A stretch of 63,769 bases of DNA, the filler included, from Octopus bimaculoides (lineage: Eukaryota): assembly GCF_001194135.2 (NCBI RefSeq). It is 5 parts of 5 records of this genome, joined end to end, with 100 filler letters (N's around TTAATTAATTAA, not from the genome) between each part and the next. Parts side by side here need not be neighbours in the genome. Positions count along the whole stretch, not along the records: positions 39,372 to 59,614 come from NC_069004.1; positions 59,715 to 62,098 come from NC_068989.1; positions 62,199 to 63,769 come from NC_068996.1; 2 more parts are not named here. One strand, written 5' to 3'. Shown in pieces: positions 49,091-62,977 of the stretch. Position 1 is the first letter of the stretch, and each line of letters opens with the position of its first letter. The notes below the pieces were generated by a model. It made no database searches. It was not told the origin of the DNA and saw only the letters and a program-made list of their open reading frames with translations. The translations under genes and the position numbers were made by a program.

Positions 49091-49884
49091 GTACGTATGT
49101 ATGCATGTATATTCATATATGTACATATATCTTCGTATTTTAATTGAATATAAGCAGATGGGCGAATGACCCTTAAATCTTAGTACCAAGAGAGCCATTT
49201 TATATTGAATTAAAGAATTGTTATAGAAAGCCGAATATGTAGTTATTAATAATGTGTTCGCACATATACGCATACAATCAAACCTATACACACATACACA
49301 CACAGATGTATATATGTTTGTATGTATGTATATGAATGCAATAGAAGTTTGGAGCAAGTGCTGGTACTACAATACACTTACTGCGATCGAAAGACATTTC
49401 CTGAACGACCATAAATCTTATGAGATGTTCAAGAAAACTCGTGTTATTTCACCAAGAGCACTAATGCAACATTACTGCCATACAAATCGCAAATGAATGA
49501 AGAATGACGTACAAATGCTGAAATATCGAGCTTTGCCCACTAAACAGCAAATACCTAGCTTGGAATGAAGTATTGTATAAAATGCTGACCATTCGACCAG
49601 GAATTAAACAGCAAAGTACACAACTCTTGTAGAGAACGCGTTTAAAAGCCATCTGCACCAACAGAACATTTCATTTGATTATCAGCAAGTGCTGAAGATT
49701 TGGAAGTGTTTTTAGAGAACGTGATACAAGGAAGAGACCTCGGTCATCTCCAAAATAAGTTTTAGAAAACGAGGCACATATAAGAAACCACAATTTTCTA
49801 AAAAATTTTTTTATATATAAGGTAAATATATTTAAGAGGTCATGGTTGTTTACTTAAGAGAGGTGGTTTGCATCATCTGCTCTA

Positions 49885-50620
49885 TTGTCACTCATTCATT
49901 CATTCAAGCATTCGTTCATTCACTTACTCATTCAGTCACACGCTCACTCACTCACACACTCACTCACACACTCACTCACTCATTCACTCACTCACTCACT
50001 CACTCACTAATACTCGCTCGCTCGCTCATTCATTCACACAATCCCTCACTCACTTAGTAACCCTCACTCACTTAGTAACACTCACTCTCTAACTCTCTTA
50101 CTCGTTCTCTCACTCACTCACTCACTCATTCACTCACTCATTCTCTCACTCATTCACTTACTCTCTAACTCTCTTACACGTTCTCTCACTCACTCACTAA
50201 CTCATTTACTCAGTCACTCATTCATTCACTCACTCATTCACTCATTTATTCGCTGACTCGCTCACTCACTAACACACACTCACTTATTCTTTCACTTACT
50301 CACTGACTCACTCACTGACTCACTGACTCACTCACTCACTCACTCATTCACTCACACACTTACTCAATCACTCACTCACTCACTCTCTCACTCACTCACT
50401 CACTCATTCACTCACTCAACTCACTCACTCGCTACCTCACTCACTCACTCACTCGCTACCTCACTCACTCACTCACTCACTCACTCACTCTCGCATTCAC
50501 TCACTCTCGCACTCACTCACTCACTCACTCACTCACTCACTCACTCACTCACTCACTCATTCACATACTCACTCACACACTCACTCACTCACACACTCAG
50601 TCAGTCACTCACTCACTCAT
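49885..50620 (+). repeat. (CACT)n tetranucleotide block
   Basis: Directly visible, with internal higher-order duplications. Confidence 0.95.
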
Positions 50621-53170
50621 TAAGTACATAAATAAATAAAGCTTAACACCAGGAGAGAAATAGTAGCAGATTCAATCGACATATATCATTGAGAAAAGTC
50701 CCCAAATTCGTAAAAAATTACTATGCCATGGTCTACCGGACACAGTAACACATTCCCACATTGCATTTCAAAGAAAAACCAGCTAATGACATAAACATCT
50801 AGAATATAGATTCCACATATCAAACATTAAAAAAAAATTACAATTACATAAAGAAAATTACAAATGTTCGTTCTACGACGATGATTTTCGCTCGAAACGT
50901 CACCACAAGTATATTCCCAACGGACAAACAAACTTCTTCGAATTCACAAACTTCATTAAATAAATAAACGTAACCAAATGTCAATAGCAAGAAAGAAGAA
51001 AGAAGTGTTTGGGAGTGTTTGTTTGTAGATGTTTTAAACGTATCTTAGTGTGTTTCTGTGCATGTGTGCGAGTTATTTATAGATTGAACTGAAATGACCT
51101 TCGTAGAAAGCAGAAAAGTTAAATCTCTCAAAGATATCTTAATAAATGTTTGTGGTTTGTTTCTCTCTTGGCTACGATTCTCAGACTATGGAGATTTAGA
51201 AATTTGGGAATATGAAAGATTAGTTCTAAAAATAGACGAACAGCGAAAAATTGTAACATCGCACACCGCACACGACGATAATTTATATTCCAGCTCACAC
51301 TGTGATCTTTTGTGGTGCTCTATACTGATAAATTCGTTATGCATTTATATATATATATATNNNNNNNNNNNNNNNNNNNNNNNNNNNNNNNNNNNNNNNN
51401 NNNNNNNNNNNNNNNNNNNNNNNNNNNNNNNNNNNNNNNNNNNNNNNNNNNNNNNNNNNNNNNNNNNNNNNNNNNNNNNNNNNNNNNNNNNNNNNNNNNN
51501 NNNNNNNNNNNNNNNNNNNNNNNNNNNNNNNNNNNNNNNNNNNNNNNNNNNNNNNNNNNNNNNNNNNNNNNNNNNNNNNNNNNNNNNNNNNNNNNNNNNN
51601 NNNNNNNNNNNNNNNNNNNNNNNNNNNNNNNNNNNNNNNNNNNNNNNNNNNNNNNNNNNNNNNNNNNNNNNNNNNNNNNNNNNNNNNNNNNNNNNNNNNN
51701 NNNNNNNNNNNNNNNNNNNNNNNNNNNNNNNNNNNNNNNNNNNNNNNNNNNNNNNNNNNNNNNNNNNNNNNNNNNNNNNNNNNNNNNNNNNNNNNNNNNN
51801 NNNNNNNNNNNNNNNNNNNNNNNNNNNNNNNNNNNNNNNNNNNNNNNNNNNNNNNNNNNNNNNNNNNNNNNNNNNNNNNNNNNNNNNNNNNNNNNNNNNN
51901 NNNNNNNNNNNNNNNNNNNNNNNNNNNNNNNNNNNNNNNNNNNNNNNNNNNNNNNNNNNNNNNNNNNNNNNNNNNNNNNNNNNNNNNNNNNNNNNNNNNN
52001 NNNNNNNNNNNNNNNNNNNNNNNNNNNNNNNNNNNNNNNNNNNNNNNNNNNNNNNNNNNNNNNNNNNNNNNNNNNNNNNNNNNNNNNNNNNNNNNNNNNN
52101 NNNNNNNNNNNNNNNNNNNNNNNNNNNNNNNNNNNNNNNNNNNNNNNNNNNNNNNNNNNNNNNNNNNNNNNNNNNNNNNNNNNNGTAATTAATGCGTAAT
52201 TAACGGCAACATGTTAGACAACTAAGGTCTTAAGTTCAGAGGATATATTAATAAAGTACTTAAGCACAAATTCAATTTATTAAATTACATCCCCCCCCCC
52301 ACACACACACAACACATACACACATCTATATATTTAGCGTTACGCTAAGAAGCTGTGTACGATACCAGAATTTTCGAGTTCAAATCCTTACTTCAAATCC
52401 TTGTTTGTGTATCCACGTAAGTGGTGTATGGGTCAGCTAGTTTCTACTGGCATCGAGTCGTATTAGTTGTAATAATGAAGTAAAACCAAATAGTAATATT
52501 TTAAAATTATTTTTATACGCACGTTTCTGCTGTGTATGATATATAATAGGAAATGCATCTATTACATATGAATTTCCTCAGTTAATCCATTTCAAAATAT
52601 GAAGCAGTTGAAGGAAATATTTCAATATATTTGGTTAGGGCAGTTATGTGTATATGTACGCATGTACTTGTGTGTGTGTGAGAGAGAGAGGGGGAAGGAG
52701 AGAGAGAGAAGAAGAGACAGACCTGGTAAGGGAGTTTCGGGACTTTGATGAACGTTGAACCACCTTTTAGCCACTGATCTTCCCCGATCTATTCTGACCC
52801 GGTCTAGGAACACCTTTTAGGGTTCCACCAATGGGTTAACTAGCATGTGGAGCAATAGGAGTGAAGGACCCCGATTTCTCGCTAAAATTTTCTTCTAGAA
52901 AAAATTAAACTGATATTAAAAAGCAACAACCTAAAGTGCAGTTCTGGTCGTCTCTGTATCTGTTGTGCCACTCGGTGTATCACTGGTTGTGCCACTAATT
53001 GTGCCGCTGGTTGTGCCCTTGTGCTGTGCAAAACTTTATCCAATCAAAACTAATTCACGCACAAGAAATTCTTGGACTCCCGCTATGTTTCTAGGGACTT
53101 ACTGACTTTAGGAATTGGTCTTACTTGCTCAAGAGTTGACTCCCACAATGAATGTGTGTGTATATGCATA

Positions 53171-53536
53171 TCTTTTATCTTTTACTCGTTCAAGTGATTA
53201 GACTGCGGCCATGCTGGGGCACAACTTTGACGAATTCTTTGTAGAATGTATCGATCCTAGTACTTTTTTAAAACCTGGTACTTATGCCATTTCCATCGAT
53301 CTCATTTGCCGAGCCGTTAGATTACCGCGACGTTGACACTCTAACACAGGTTGTCGAGAGGTGGAGGGATAAAAACACACACATACAAAGACACACGCAC
53401 ACACACACGAAGATACATATATACCAAATCCAAGGCTATTGTAGAAAACACTTGCCTAAGGTACCATGCAGTGGGACTGAACCCGCAACCATGTTTGGAA
53501 GCAAGCTTCTTCCCACCTAGCCACACTTGTGTGCGC
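53171..53536 (-). mobile_element. SINE family A, diverged
   Basis: Homologous head, body and tail. Confidence 0.8.
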
Positions 53537-54304
53537 GAATGCGCACACTGACATATATATATATGACTATGTGTGTGTATATATATACATATATATAGAT
53601 ATAAATATATATAGAGAGGGACATACACTCACATACACACATATATATATATAGATATACGTATGTAATTGTATATGTGTGTTTTGGGTTCCATTAATTT
53701 CCTTTGCGTAATCCAGACTTCAAATCATAGCACCGACTACCTCCTGTGTATCTTGGTACGCTCAGTGATTGAAAATCTCCTTTAGACAAATAACGATTCC
53801 ACTGCCTCACCGCACATTCGCCATTAAACGTATGTGTGTGCGTGTGCGTGTGCGCACGCCTGCGAGCGTGTATGTGTATATGAGTGATAGTACATTATAT
53901 TTGATTATATTTGTATACAAAAATTATATATATTTTTGTCTACATTCCTCTGATCTACGATGTTTGTCTATGATTTAAAAAAATTTTTTTTTTGTATTTC
54001 TTTCTTTTTCCTTTAATCATATTTTATTTGAAATATTGAAATTCCTGTCAGCGAATGAAAATATAACTCTCTAATTTAGAAAGAGAGAAAAACTGTCTTT
54101 GAATTTCGTGACTAAATTTAACTTTATATTTATCACAGGAACTGATTAGGAGAGTTATTTCAAAAACAGCCTGAATAATAAAAACACAGAAGCGCAATAG
54201 TTTTATCTTCCAGTTTCTCCCCTATTCACTATTAACAGAACCGCTGGTCTTCGTGACGTACACTCACATATACAAACACACATGTATACATACATACAAA
54301 CACA

Positions 54305-54378
<74 letters not shown>

Positions 54379-54758
54379 NNNNNNNNNNNNNNNNNNNNNN
54401 NNNNNNNNNNNNNNNNNNNNNNNNNNNNNNNNNNNNNNNNNNNNNNNNNNNNNNNNNNNNNNNNNNNNNNNNNNNNNNNNNNNNNNNNNNNNNNNNNNNN
54501 NNNNNNNNNNNNNNNNNNNNNNNNNNNNNNNNNNNNNNNNNNNNNNNNNNNNNNNNNNNNNNNNNNNNNNNNNNNNNNNNNNNNNNNNNNNNNNNNNNNN
54601 NNNNNNNNNNNNNNNNNNNNNNNNNNNNNNNNNNNNNNNNNNNNNNNNNNNNNNNNNNNNNTTATTTCGAGACTGATGTTTTTAAATAAGGAGTTAGAGA
54701 CAATAGAATCGACCCGATATATATGGCTGGAATTAATGTTTTCTGATTTACTAAACCG

Positions 54759-54810
<52 letters not shown>

Positions 54811-54825
54811 GATTATTATTTTTGC

Positions 54826-54865
<40 letters not shown>

Positions 54866-55087
54866 AATATTATTATTATTGCTGTTGATATTATTACTAT
54901 CATCATCATCATCATAATAATTATTATATATGATATGACGTATGTGATAATCTGAAAGATTTATTTGGTTTAACAAAAGAGAGAGGGGAGGCACGGAACA
55001 CTTAAGGTCAAAAAACACTTAAGTAGTAAAGATGACATTCTGGAAAAGTGGGCTGAGCACTTAAAATCCGTATTAAATGAGGAAGTA

Positions 55088-55323
55088 CAGTAATCCATCG
55101 CCATATTGTGGTTCACTTAACGCGGTTCAACTATTGCGGTTTATTATTTAAGCTTACGCCGATTCCTCCGTGGTGTTGTTTTAGATTTATAATAAAATAA
55201 TATATTCAAATTATAAAAATAATAAAAGAAACTATACAATACAGTATTGCTTCTACTTCACGGATTTTCACCTATCGCAGGGGATTTTGGAACGTAAAAC
55301 CCGCGATAGTCGAGGGATTACTG
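55088..55323. mobile_element. TA-flanked MITE (Tc1/pogo-Tigger type)
   Basis: TA|CAGTAATCCATCGCC...CGATAGTCGAGGGATTACTG|TA; imperfect TIRs of about 23 bp; no ORF. Confidence 0.75.
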
Positions 55324-55401
55324 TAATCGATGAAATCCTTGAGAGCCCTACGATTGAGGAACTTGAAGAAGATCCTCTTTTGGAAGAGATAAGTACTGTT
55401 A

Positions 55402-55620
55402 TTCTTTTATCCTTTTATTCTTTTATTCTTTTACTCATTTCAGGCATTTGATTGCCGCCATGCTGGAGCACCGCCTTAAAAAGGTGTTAATCGAATAAAT
55501 CGACCCCAGGACTTATTATTTGTAAGCCTAATACTTATTCTAGTGGTCCCTTTAGCCAAACCGCTAAGTTACGAGGACATAAACGCACCAACATCAGTTG
55601 TCAAGCAAATGCGAGGGGAC
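55402..55620 (-). mobile_element. SINE family A, 3' half
   Basis: Homologous tail. Confidence 0.8.
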
Positions 55621-55665
55621 ATTTTACAGAGACTCCAAGGAACTACCTCTGGTTATCAAGAATGT

Positions 55666-55897
55666 GGTGAGCTGGCAGAATGGTTAGCACGCCGGGCGAA
55701 ATGCTTAGCAGTATTTCGTCTGTCTTTACGTTCTGAGTTCAAATTCCACCGAGGTCGACTTTGGCTTTCATCCTTTCGGAGTCGATAAATTAAGTACCAG
55801 TTACGCACTGGAGTCGATGTAGTCGACTTAATCCCTTTGTCTGTCCTTGTTTGTTCCCTCTATGTTTAGCCCCTAGTGGGCAATGAAGAAATAAGAA
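55666..55897 (+). mobile_element. SINE family B
   Basis: Well-conserved copy. Confidence 0.9.
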
Positions 55898-55927
55898 GTG
55901 AGGGGGATAAATACAAACACAAAGTCA

Positions 55928-55974
<47 letters not shown>

Positions 55975-56902
55975 GCACGCACACACACATACACACATAA
56001 ACATATACATATACGACGGGCTTCCAGACGTGATCCCGTCTACCAAATTCATTCACAAGGCATTCACTCACGGGGCTCTATTAGAAGTCACTTGACCAAA
56101 GTGCTGCGGAATGTGACCGAAGCCAGAACCTCGAGAGTCGAAGGCGAGCTAGCACTTTGCAGACAGCGTCGGAACCCACCAGACAGAATATTCGTTGGAA
56201 GACATTATGTTTTGATTGTTCCTATGTACGTTATAAAATAGACTTCTTCTAATGGAACTGAATTTTATATTCAAATTTAAGCGAAAATTGGGTAAGCGGA
56301 GAATATAATTAGATAATATACTTTAAATTGGTTTTAAAGGTCATTCATTCCAAATCAGGAACTAACCAATCAGATGCCAGAAGAATTAATGAATCTATGG
56401 CATGTTCCTCTTTTATTAATTACAAATTTACTATCTATGCCAAGATTTATTCGTTCTAACCAACACGTTATCTACACAACACAAGATCGTACATAATTAT
56501 ATTAATACAAATGTGTAGGATGTTATACGTATGCAATTTTCAATTTTATATTCCTACGTTCATTATACAACAATTGTATATATCTACAGTGTACAATGAA
56601 GAACTCTGCTGTGTGTAATATATATATATATATATATANNNNNNNNNNNNNNNNNNNNNNNNNNNNNNNNNNNNNNNNNNNNNNNNNNNNNNNNNNNNNN
56701 NNNNNNNNNNNNNNNNNNNNNNNNNNNNNNNNNNNNNNNNNNNNNNNNNNNNNNNNNNNNNNNNNNNNNNNNNNNNNNNNNNNNNNNNNNNNNNNNNNNN
56801 NNNNNNNNNNNNNNNNNNNNNNNNNNNNNNNNNNNNNNNNNNNNNNNNNNNNNNNNNNNNNNNNNNNNNNNNNNNNNNNNNNNNNNNNNNNNNNNNNNNN
56901 NN

Positions 56903-56959
<57 letters not shown>

Positions 56960-57129
56960 ATGTATGTATGTATGTATGTATGTATGTATGTATGTATACA
57001 TAGATGCATATATACACAGATGGATATGTATACAAAGATGTATATGTATACATATAAGCACATATATGTATAAATATATATGGATCTCTCTGCCCCTCTC
57101 TTTCTATATATATATACATATATATGTAT

Positions 57130-57166
<37 letters not shown>

Positions 57167-57189
57167 TAGATAGATAAATAGATAGATAC

Positions 57190-57282
<93 letters not shown>

Positions 57283-57294
57283 CACACACAACAC

Positions 57295-57405
57295 GTAATT
57301 CCAATTATACGCTGTGTACACAATATGGAACCGGCCGCACAATAGCGCGTTCACTCGGTGCAATCATTCGTCCATCACAATGCACAAACTTCTATATACA
57401 CCCTG
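57295..57405. mobile_element. Possible right end of a Tc1/mariner element
   Basis: Ends CACCCTG|TA, the reverse complement of the TA|CAGGGTG ends seen elsewhere; partner end not found. Confidence 0.35.
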
Positions 57406-57832
57406 TATACAAAGTACTTGATGCGAACACTGAACCAATACACACACACCGAGTGAACATCTATATATTCACAAAAACTAAAACAAAATAAAAGCATTAT
57501 GGCGACCAAAATAATTCTCTATAATCTGGATAACGTTCGTAGCTTTGAGAGTGAACCACATGGATACCTCTATATGGTTGCTCGACATGCTAGAAATAGC
57601 AACTAGATGTTTCAGAAATCATAAACTAACGTCTTGAAAAACAAGGCAATTTGGAGAATTGTAGTCTGGGGTTTAATCTATGTCTAAAATTGAAACGAAA
57701 TGGTCAAGGATGGAACGCTTTTGATCACAGGTTTGCTCACCATTCCCTACTTGGGAAGAGATAGCAACAACTAGTAACAGCACAAAAGCAGTAACAGCAG
57801 AAAGAACAAAACAAACAAACAAAAGAACAGTA

Positions 57833-58145
57833 GGTGTAGGAGTAGATTTGTGGTAAGTAGCTTGTTTACTAACCACATGGTTCCGGGTTCAGTCACACTG
57901 CGTGGCACCTTGGGCGAGTTCTTCTGCTATAGCCTCGGGCCGACCAAAGCATTGTGAGTGCATTTGGCAACCGATGTCGGTGTGTTTGTGTCCTCGTAAT
58001 CTAGCATTTCGGCAAAATAGGCCGACAGAATAAGTACTAGGCTTACAAAGAATAAGTCCTGGGGTCGATTTGCTCGACTAAAGGTGGTGCTCCAGCATAG
58101 CCGCAGTCAAATGACTGAAACAAATAAAAGAATAAAAGAATAAAA
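57833..58145 (+). mobile_element. SINE family A with an internal deletion removing the microsatellite
   Basis: Jumps from GATTTGG-like sequence to CAACCGATG relative to the full copies. Confidence 0.85.
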
Positions 58146-58889
58146 TGCTTGGTGCAAAACAAAGCGGAAGGCCCTTACGGTACTGCTTGATTTGCCAAAA
58201 AGAGCAGCCAAACGTCTCTTAAAATCCACTTAACATTTGTAAAAAGTACAAACAGAATTAACGATTACGCTGCTAACGTTCGGTAATAATTAGTGGTACG
58301 GCAACAGAGAATCTATACAATCAGTACTACATTTCGAACATAAGAAAAAAAAAATTGAAAGAAAAGTAACTGCTCGACTAAAACTACTCATGGCGGTACT
58401 CCAGCATGGCCGCAGTGCAATGAATGCAGCGAGCAATAACAAAATAGAATAAGGTATCCGAAACACACAACGCACACGCAAACCCAGAACCAAAATAACG
58501 TTCCTCTTGAGATTTTAAAGTTATTTCAGTATGAAAAATAATGGCGTTGTCCAGAGTGTAGAAATGTAATTATTTCTAAACTGTCAGACATCAAGATTAT
58601 TTGGAACGGTGCCATAATAGAGGCCATTTCAATCAAGGCAGATATGATACTAATCATTCATTTCATTCCTATCGATCCCCCAATCCCCGAATAAAAATGG
58701 AATTTTGCCATGGTTTTTCCTAGAGAGAGAACAAGGAATTTTTCGAGTTATCTTCTACCAAAATATTGGCTGTGAGGTTTCGCTAAGTGAGGAATTTTTT
58801 CACACCGAAACGAAGATAATACGAGTTCCTTGAAGTGGAAGCATTAGTGGTGCAGTCAGTAAGAGGTATAGTTAAACAATGGAACTGTT

Positions 58890-58964
58890 GTTGAAGGTGG
58901 TAGTGGTAGTGGTGATGGTGGTGGTGGGGTACAGGTGGGATGGTGGTTGTCATGGTAGTAGCCA

Positions 58965-59012
<48 letters not shown>

Positions 59013-59093
59013 GTGGTGGTGGTAGTAGTTGCAAAAGCAATTGTAATAGTGGTAGTCGGTGTAGTGGTGGTGGTGATGGCAGTAGTAGCAATT

Positions 59094-59136
<43 letters not shown>

Positions 59137-59400
59137 GGACAGTCATAGTACTCGCAGTAGCAATGGTAACAGTGGTAGTGGTGGTGGCGGTGGTGGCGTC
59201 AGTGGTGGACTTAGTTGTGGTACTAGTAATTGTAGTAGTAATAGTAGTAGTAGTAGTAGTGGTGGTGGTGGTGGTGGTGGTGGTGTAGCTGTAGAAGAGA
59301 TTGTAATAGTGGTAGTCGGAGGAAGTGTAGTAGTAGTAGTAGTAGTAGTAGCAGCAGCAGCAACAGGAGTACTAGTAGTAGTAGTAGTAGTAGCAGCAGC
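58890..59400 (+). repeat. Compound (GTA/GTG/GCA)n array
   Basis: Directly visible. Confidence 0.95.
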
Positions 59401-59614
59401 TGAGGCCGTTGAGTAACTGGTGGTAGTAAGGATGGGAATGGGGGGTTCCGAGATGATCGAGAGATTCTTGACAATCTTATCATCTCCAGTTCATGTTAAT
59501 CTCTTGTCGCAGAAATATCTGACACGACAATCACAACACACCAATGCAGGATATCTCGGAGCAAGTTATCTACTATGTATATGTAGGTATATATATATAT
59601 ATATATATATATAT

Positions 59615-59714
59615 NNNNNNNNNNNNNNNNNNNNNNNNNNNNNNNNNNNNNNNNNNNNTTAATTAATTAANNNNNNNNNNNNNNNNNNNNNNNNNNNNNN
59701 NNNNNNNNNNNNNN
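59615..59714. other. Artificial scaffold join N44-TTAATTAATTAA-N44
   Basis: Same construct as 18907-19006. Confidence 0.95.
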
Positions 59715-59756
<42 letters not shown>

Positions 59757-59763
59757 CATATAT

Positions 59764-59926
59764 ACGATGGGCTTCTTTCAGTTTCCGTCTACCAAATCCA
59801 CTCACAAATTTTGGTCTGCCCGAGGCTGTAGTAGAAGACACTTGCCCAAGGTGCCACGCAGTGGGACTGAACCCAGAACCATGTGGCTTATAAGCAAGCT
59901 ACTTACCACACAGCCACTCCTACGCC
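59764..59926 (-). mobile_element. SINE family A, 5' half (second head fragment at about 59945-60020)
   Basis: Homologous head. Confidence 0.85.
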
Positions 59927-61996
59927 TATAGTAAAAGACATTTTCTCAAGGTGCCACGCAATGAGTCTGAACCCAAAGCCATGTGGTTGGGAAACAAATT
60001 TCTTACTACACAACCAGGCGTTTAAAAATTTAAGTAGCAAAGATGATTTTTATTTTCATAACATATTCTGTGTAAAAAGCATCTTTAAACAAAAATAATT
60101 CTTAAATGAAAAGCACTTTGAAGAGTTATTTAGCAATATATATTATTAGAAAGGAAATATGTTAACATAAGAAAAAATTGGTGCTAATTTATATTGATTT
60201 TCATAAAAACAGGTCTCTACTATATCTAAAATTGTTCGATGCTTCTAGAAGTACAAAATTTGATTCTATTTTATTGCATAAATAGTATCTGTATTCTATT
60301 AGGCTAATAAAACTTATAGTTTACTTAAATATTACTACTATTTTTCAAAGTTTTCTCATTCCTACTATCCAAACTTCCAAAGTCGTAGAAAACAAAAGAA
60401 CCGATGAGGTGAATTTGATTAAGGTGGATCACGATTTGCCGGGAGGTAATCCCCGTATTGTGTTTTCAAGACCTTCTGCGGCACATGAAGCATGAGACAG
60501 TCAGGATCTGGAGATGGGGCTGCAACAGACTGCCGCAGATTCTAAGTTGTGGTTTAATCGCTCTTTCTTAGCTCGTCCGTCTGGCATGTCCCTCATCCAC
60601 CAGCATAAACAGTACATCTAGCCATAACAAAATGAAAGGTTCTTCCGCTATGTCCTCTGTTAGGGAGCTGCTACTTGATGGAGGAGAGTCAGCTTGAGGC
60701 TCTCTTTTGATAAATGTTTTTAATTCTGCTAGGTACCCATCGATATACTCAAAAAGAGGAGTCGCTTAGTCAACGACACCCCGACTATGTCTCGAAAGGT
60801 TAGTGGGTACATGTTACCCGTTTCTGGCTCCACGTAGATACTGCGCAGATCCAATATTCATTCTATATTCAGAATATTAATGATAATAAGAATATAGTTT
60901 TAACGAGTTTTGTAAAGTGCTATGGTAATTTCAAATGTTATAATCAGATATCCGGAAAATTCAGTTATCAGGTAGCCCTCCGGTTTCAGGGTTGCCGGAT
61001 GAAAAGAAATTTAATGAAAACAGGCACAAGTTTACCTCAGTATATATTCTCGAAGAAGTAAAACACTGCACGAGTCCCAGAACTCATAATGCCGGTTCTC
61101 CGGTTTCCATGGCGTATAAGTGAACAAGATCATAATATTCCAGCCAGTCCGTTGCATGGGTGCTCATTTAGAGCTGAGTAAATTAAAACAGTGTGAGAGA
61201 AAATGTTTTGGTTAAGAAACAACACATCACCCTGTCCAGGAATCGAAACCAAGATCGCAAGATCGTGAGTGTCATACACTAACTACTATCCCACAAGATT
61301 TACCTTTCGAAGAAGTTCCCTACATAAATAAATATAACCAAATAAGTTTCAAAAATGTACACATTGAATGGATTTATGTACATTTGTGAAAGGTGGAATT
61401 TGAAGAAGCGAATAACTGGAATTCATTCAGGGATGCATTGATACACACTGATTCACACACATACAGAATATTAAAGAGACATATGTGTATATCCATATAA
61501 ATGTACACACATACACACACAAATACGTGTACGCATGGGTGTAAGATATTAGGAGGCCAAAGAAAGAGAGACAGAGGGAGACAGAGAGACAGAGGGGGGG
61601 AGAAAGAGAAAAGTATTCAAATCGAGTCTTAATGTTTCACATTTCTATGTAATACTGGAGGAGTTTTCGTTGTCATTCAGGTATTTGGTTGAGTAAACAA
61701 CAACAAAAACACAATTATACTCAATGAAATGCCTCTTTCGGGCCTTCATGCAAATAGTAAAAGGTGATGCAGGTTTTCATTGAAACGGATCCAATGTAAA
61801 CATAATACACCTCGATTGAATTTTGCATTGAGTGTCAGATATTCAAATGAAATCATATGCGATGAAACATGTAACTGACATATTACTTTTTCTTCTGTTT
61901 CAATAGTCGCCATCCATCGCCTATTTTATTTTTCTCTTATTTCATAATGTAGTAACTGCTCGAGTAAAGCCGCCCACACAAAAGTTCACTAAAATA

Positions 61997-62045
<49 letters not shown>

Positions 62046-62098
62046 CTCGTCGAAAACTTTTAGAACGGCATTTTATAATGTTGTGCGCGTGTTTGTAT

Positions 62099-62198
62099 NN
62101 NNNNNNNNNNNNNNNNNNNNNNNNNNNNNNNNNNNNNNNNNNTTAATTAATTAANNNNNNNNNNNNNNNNNNNNNNNNNNNNNNNNNNNNNNNNNNNN
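62099..62198. other. Artificial scaffold join N44-TTAATTAATTAA-N44
   Basis: Same construct as 18907-19006. Confidence 0.95.
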
Positions 62199-62235
62199 TA
62201 TGTATATATATATGTATGTGTGTGTATATGTTTGT

Positions 62236-62440
62236 ATGTGTGTGTTTGTCCCCCCTATCATCGCTTGACAACCGATGCTGGTGTGTTTATGTCCCCGTAA
62301 CTTAGCGGTTCGGCAAAAGAGATCGATAGAATAAGTACTAGGCTTCGAAAGAATAAGTCCTGGGGTCGATTTGCTCGACTAAAGGCGGTGCTCCAGCATG
62401 GCCACAGTCAAAAGACTGAAACAAGTAAAAGAGTAAAAGA
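62236..62440 (+). mobile_element. SINE family A, 3' half
   Basis: Near-identical to 16400-16608. Confidence 0.9.
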
Positions 62441-62977
62441 ATATAGCTAATGTAGTTCTTAAGCTAATCATTTATTCCTTTGTCATCTCTTTTCTTATTA
62501 CTGCTTTGTACTTGATTAATGCTTCATTCAAAGGCACATGTGTATTGAGTTCTAACACCAGGTTATTAATATTGCAATGCCTAAATTCAATATGTATGTA
62601 TATGAGTATGTATGTATGTATCATGACAAGGAATGTGGATTAATAAATCCAGGCAGATATTTGTAAGCACTCAGTAGTTAAGCAAACTTGGTTAATTACA
62701 TCAAATAATTAGATATCCATATAAATTCCTCCAGTATGATATGTAAATCCAAATATCACTTGGAAGAATTTTGAGAAACCCAGAGTATATTATATCAACA
62801 AAAATGGAGAATCTCACATCTTTATTTTGCTATTATACCATACAGGCCCAACAATTGTTTCTATCGTGTCAGCATATTTTAACATAGAAAAGTCACAAGA
62901 TACCTTTTCTAATAGAAAATTCAAGGTGTAATAGGTTACCTAGATAACATTATGTTCGCTTAGATTTCATATATGTA

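Noticed and set aside
50875-50905. CGATGA...GCTCGAAACGTC hammerhead-like motif
   Set aside because: The first box is mutated and helix II cannot form.
51094-51340. Possible plus-strand exon (FSDYGDLEIWEYERLVLK...)
   Set aside because: No recognisable domain, weak donor, runs into a microsatellite and gap.
60380-60880. LINE reverse-transcriptase remnant (SVRELLLDG resembling RELLFADD)
   Set aside because: Too short and degenerate to support without a profile search.
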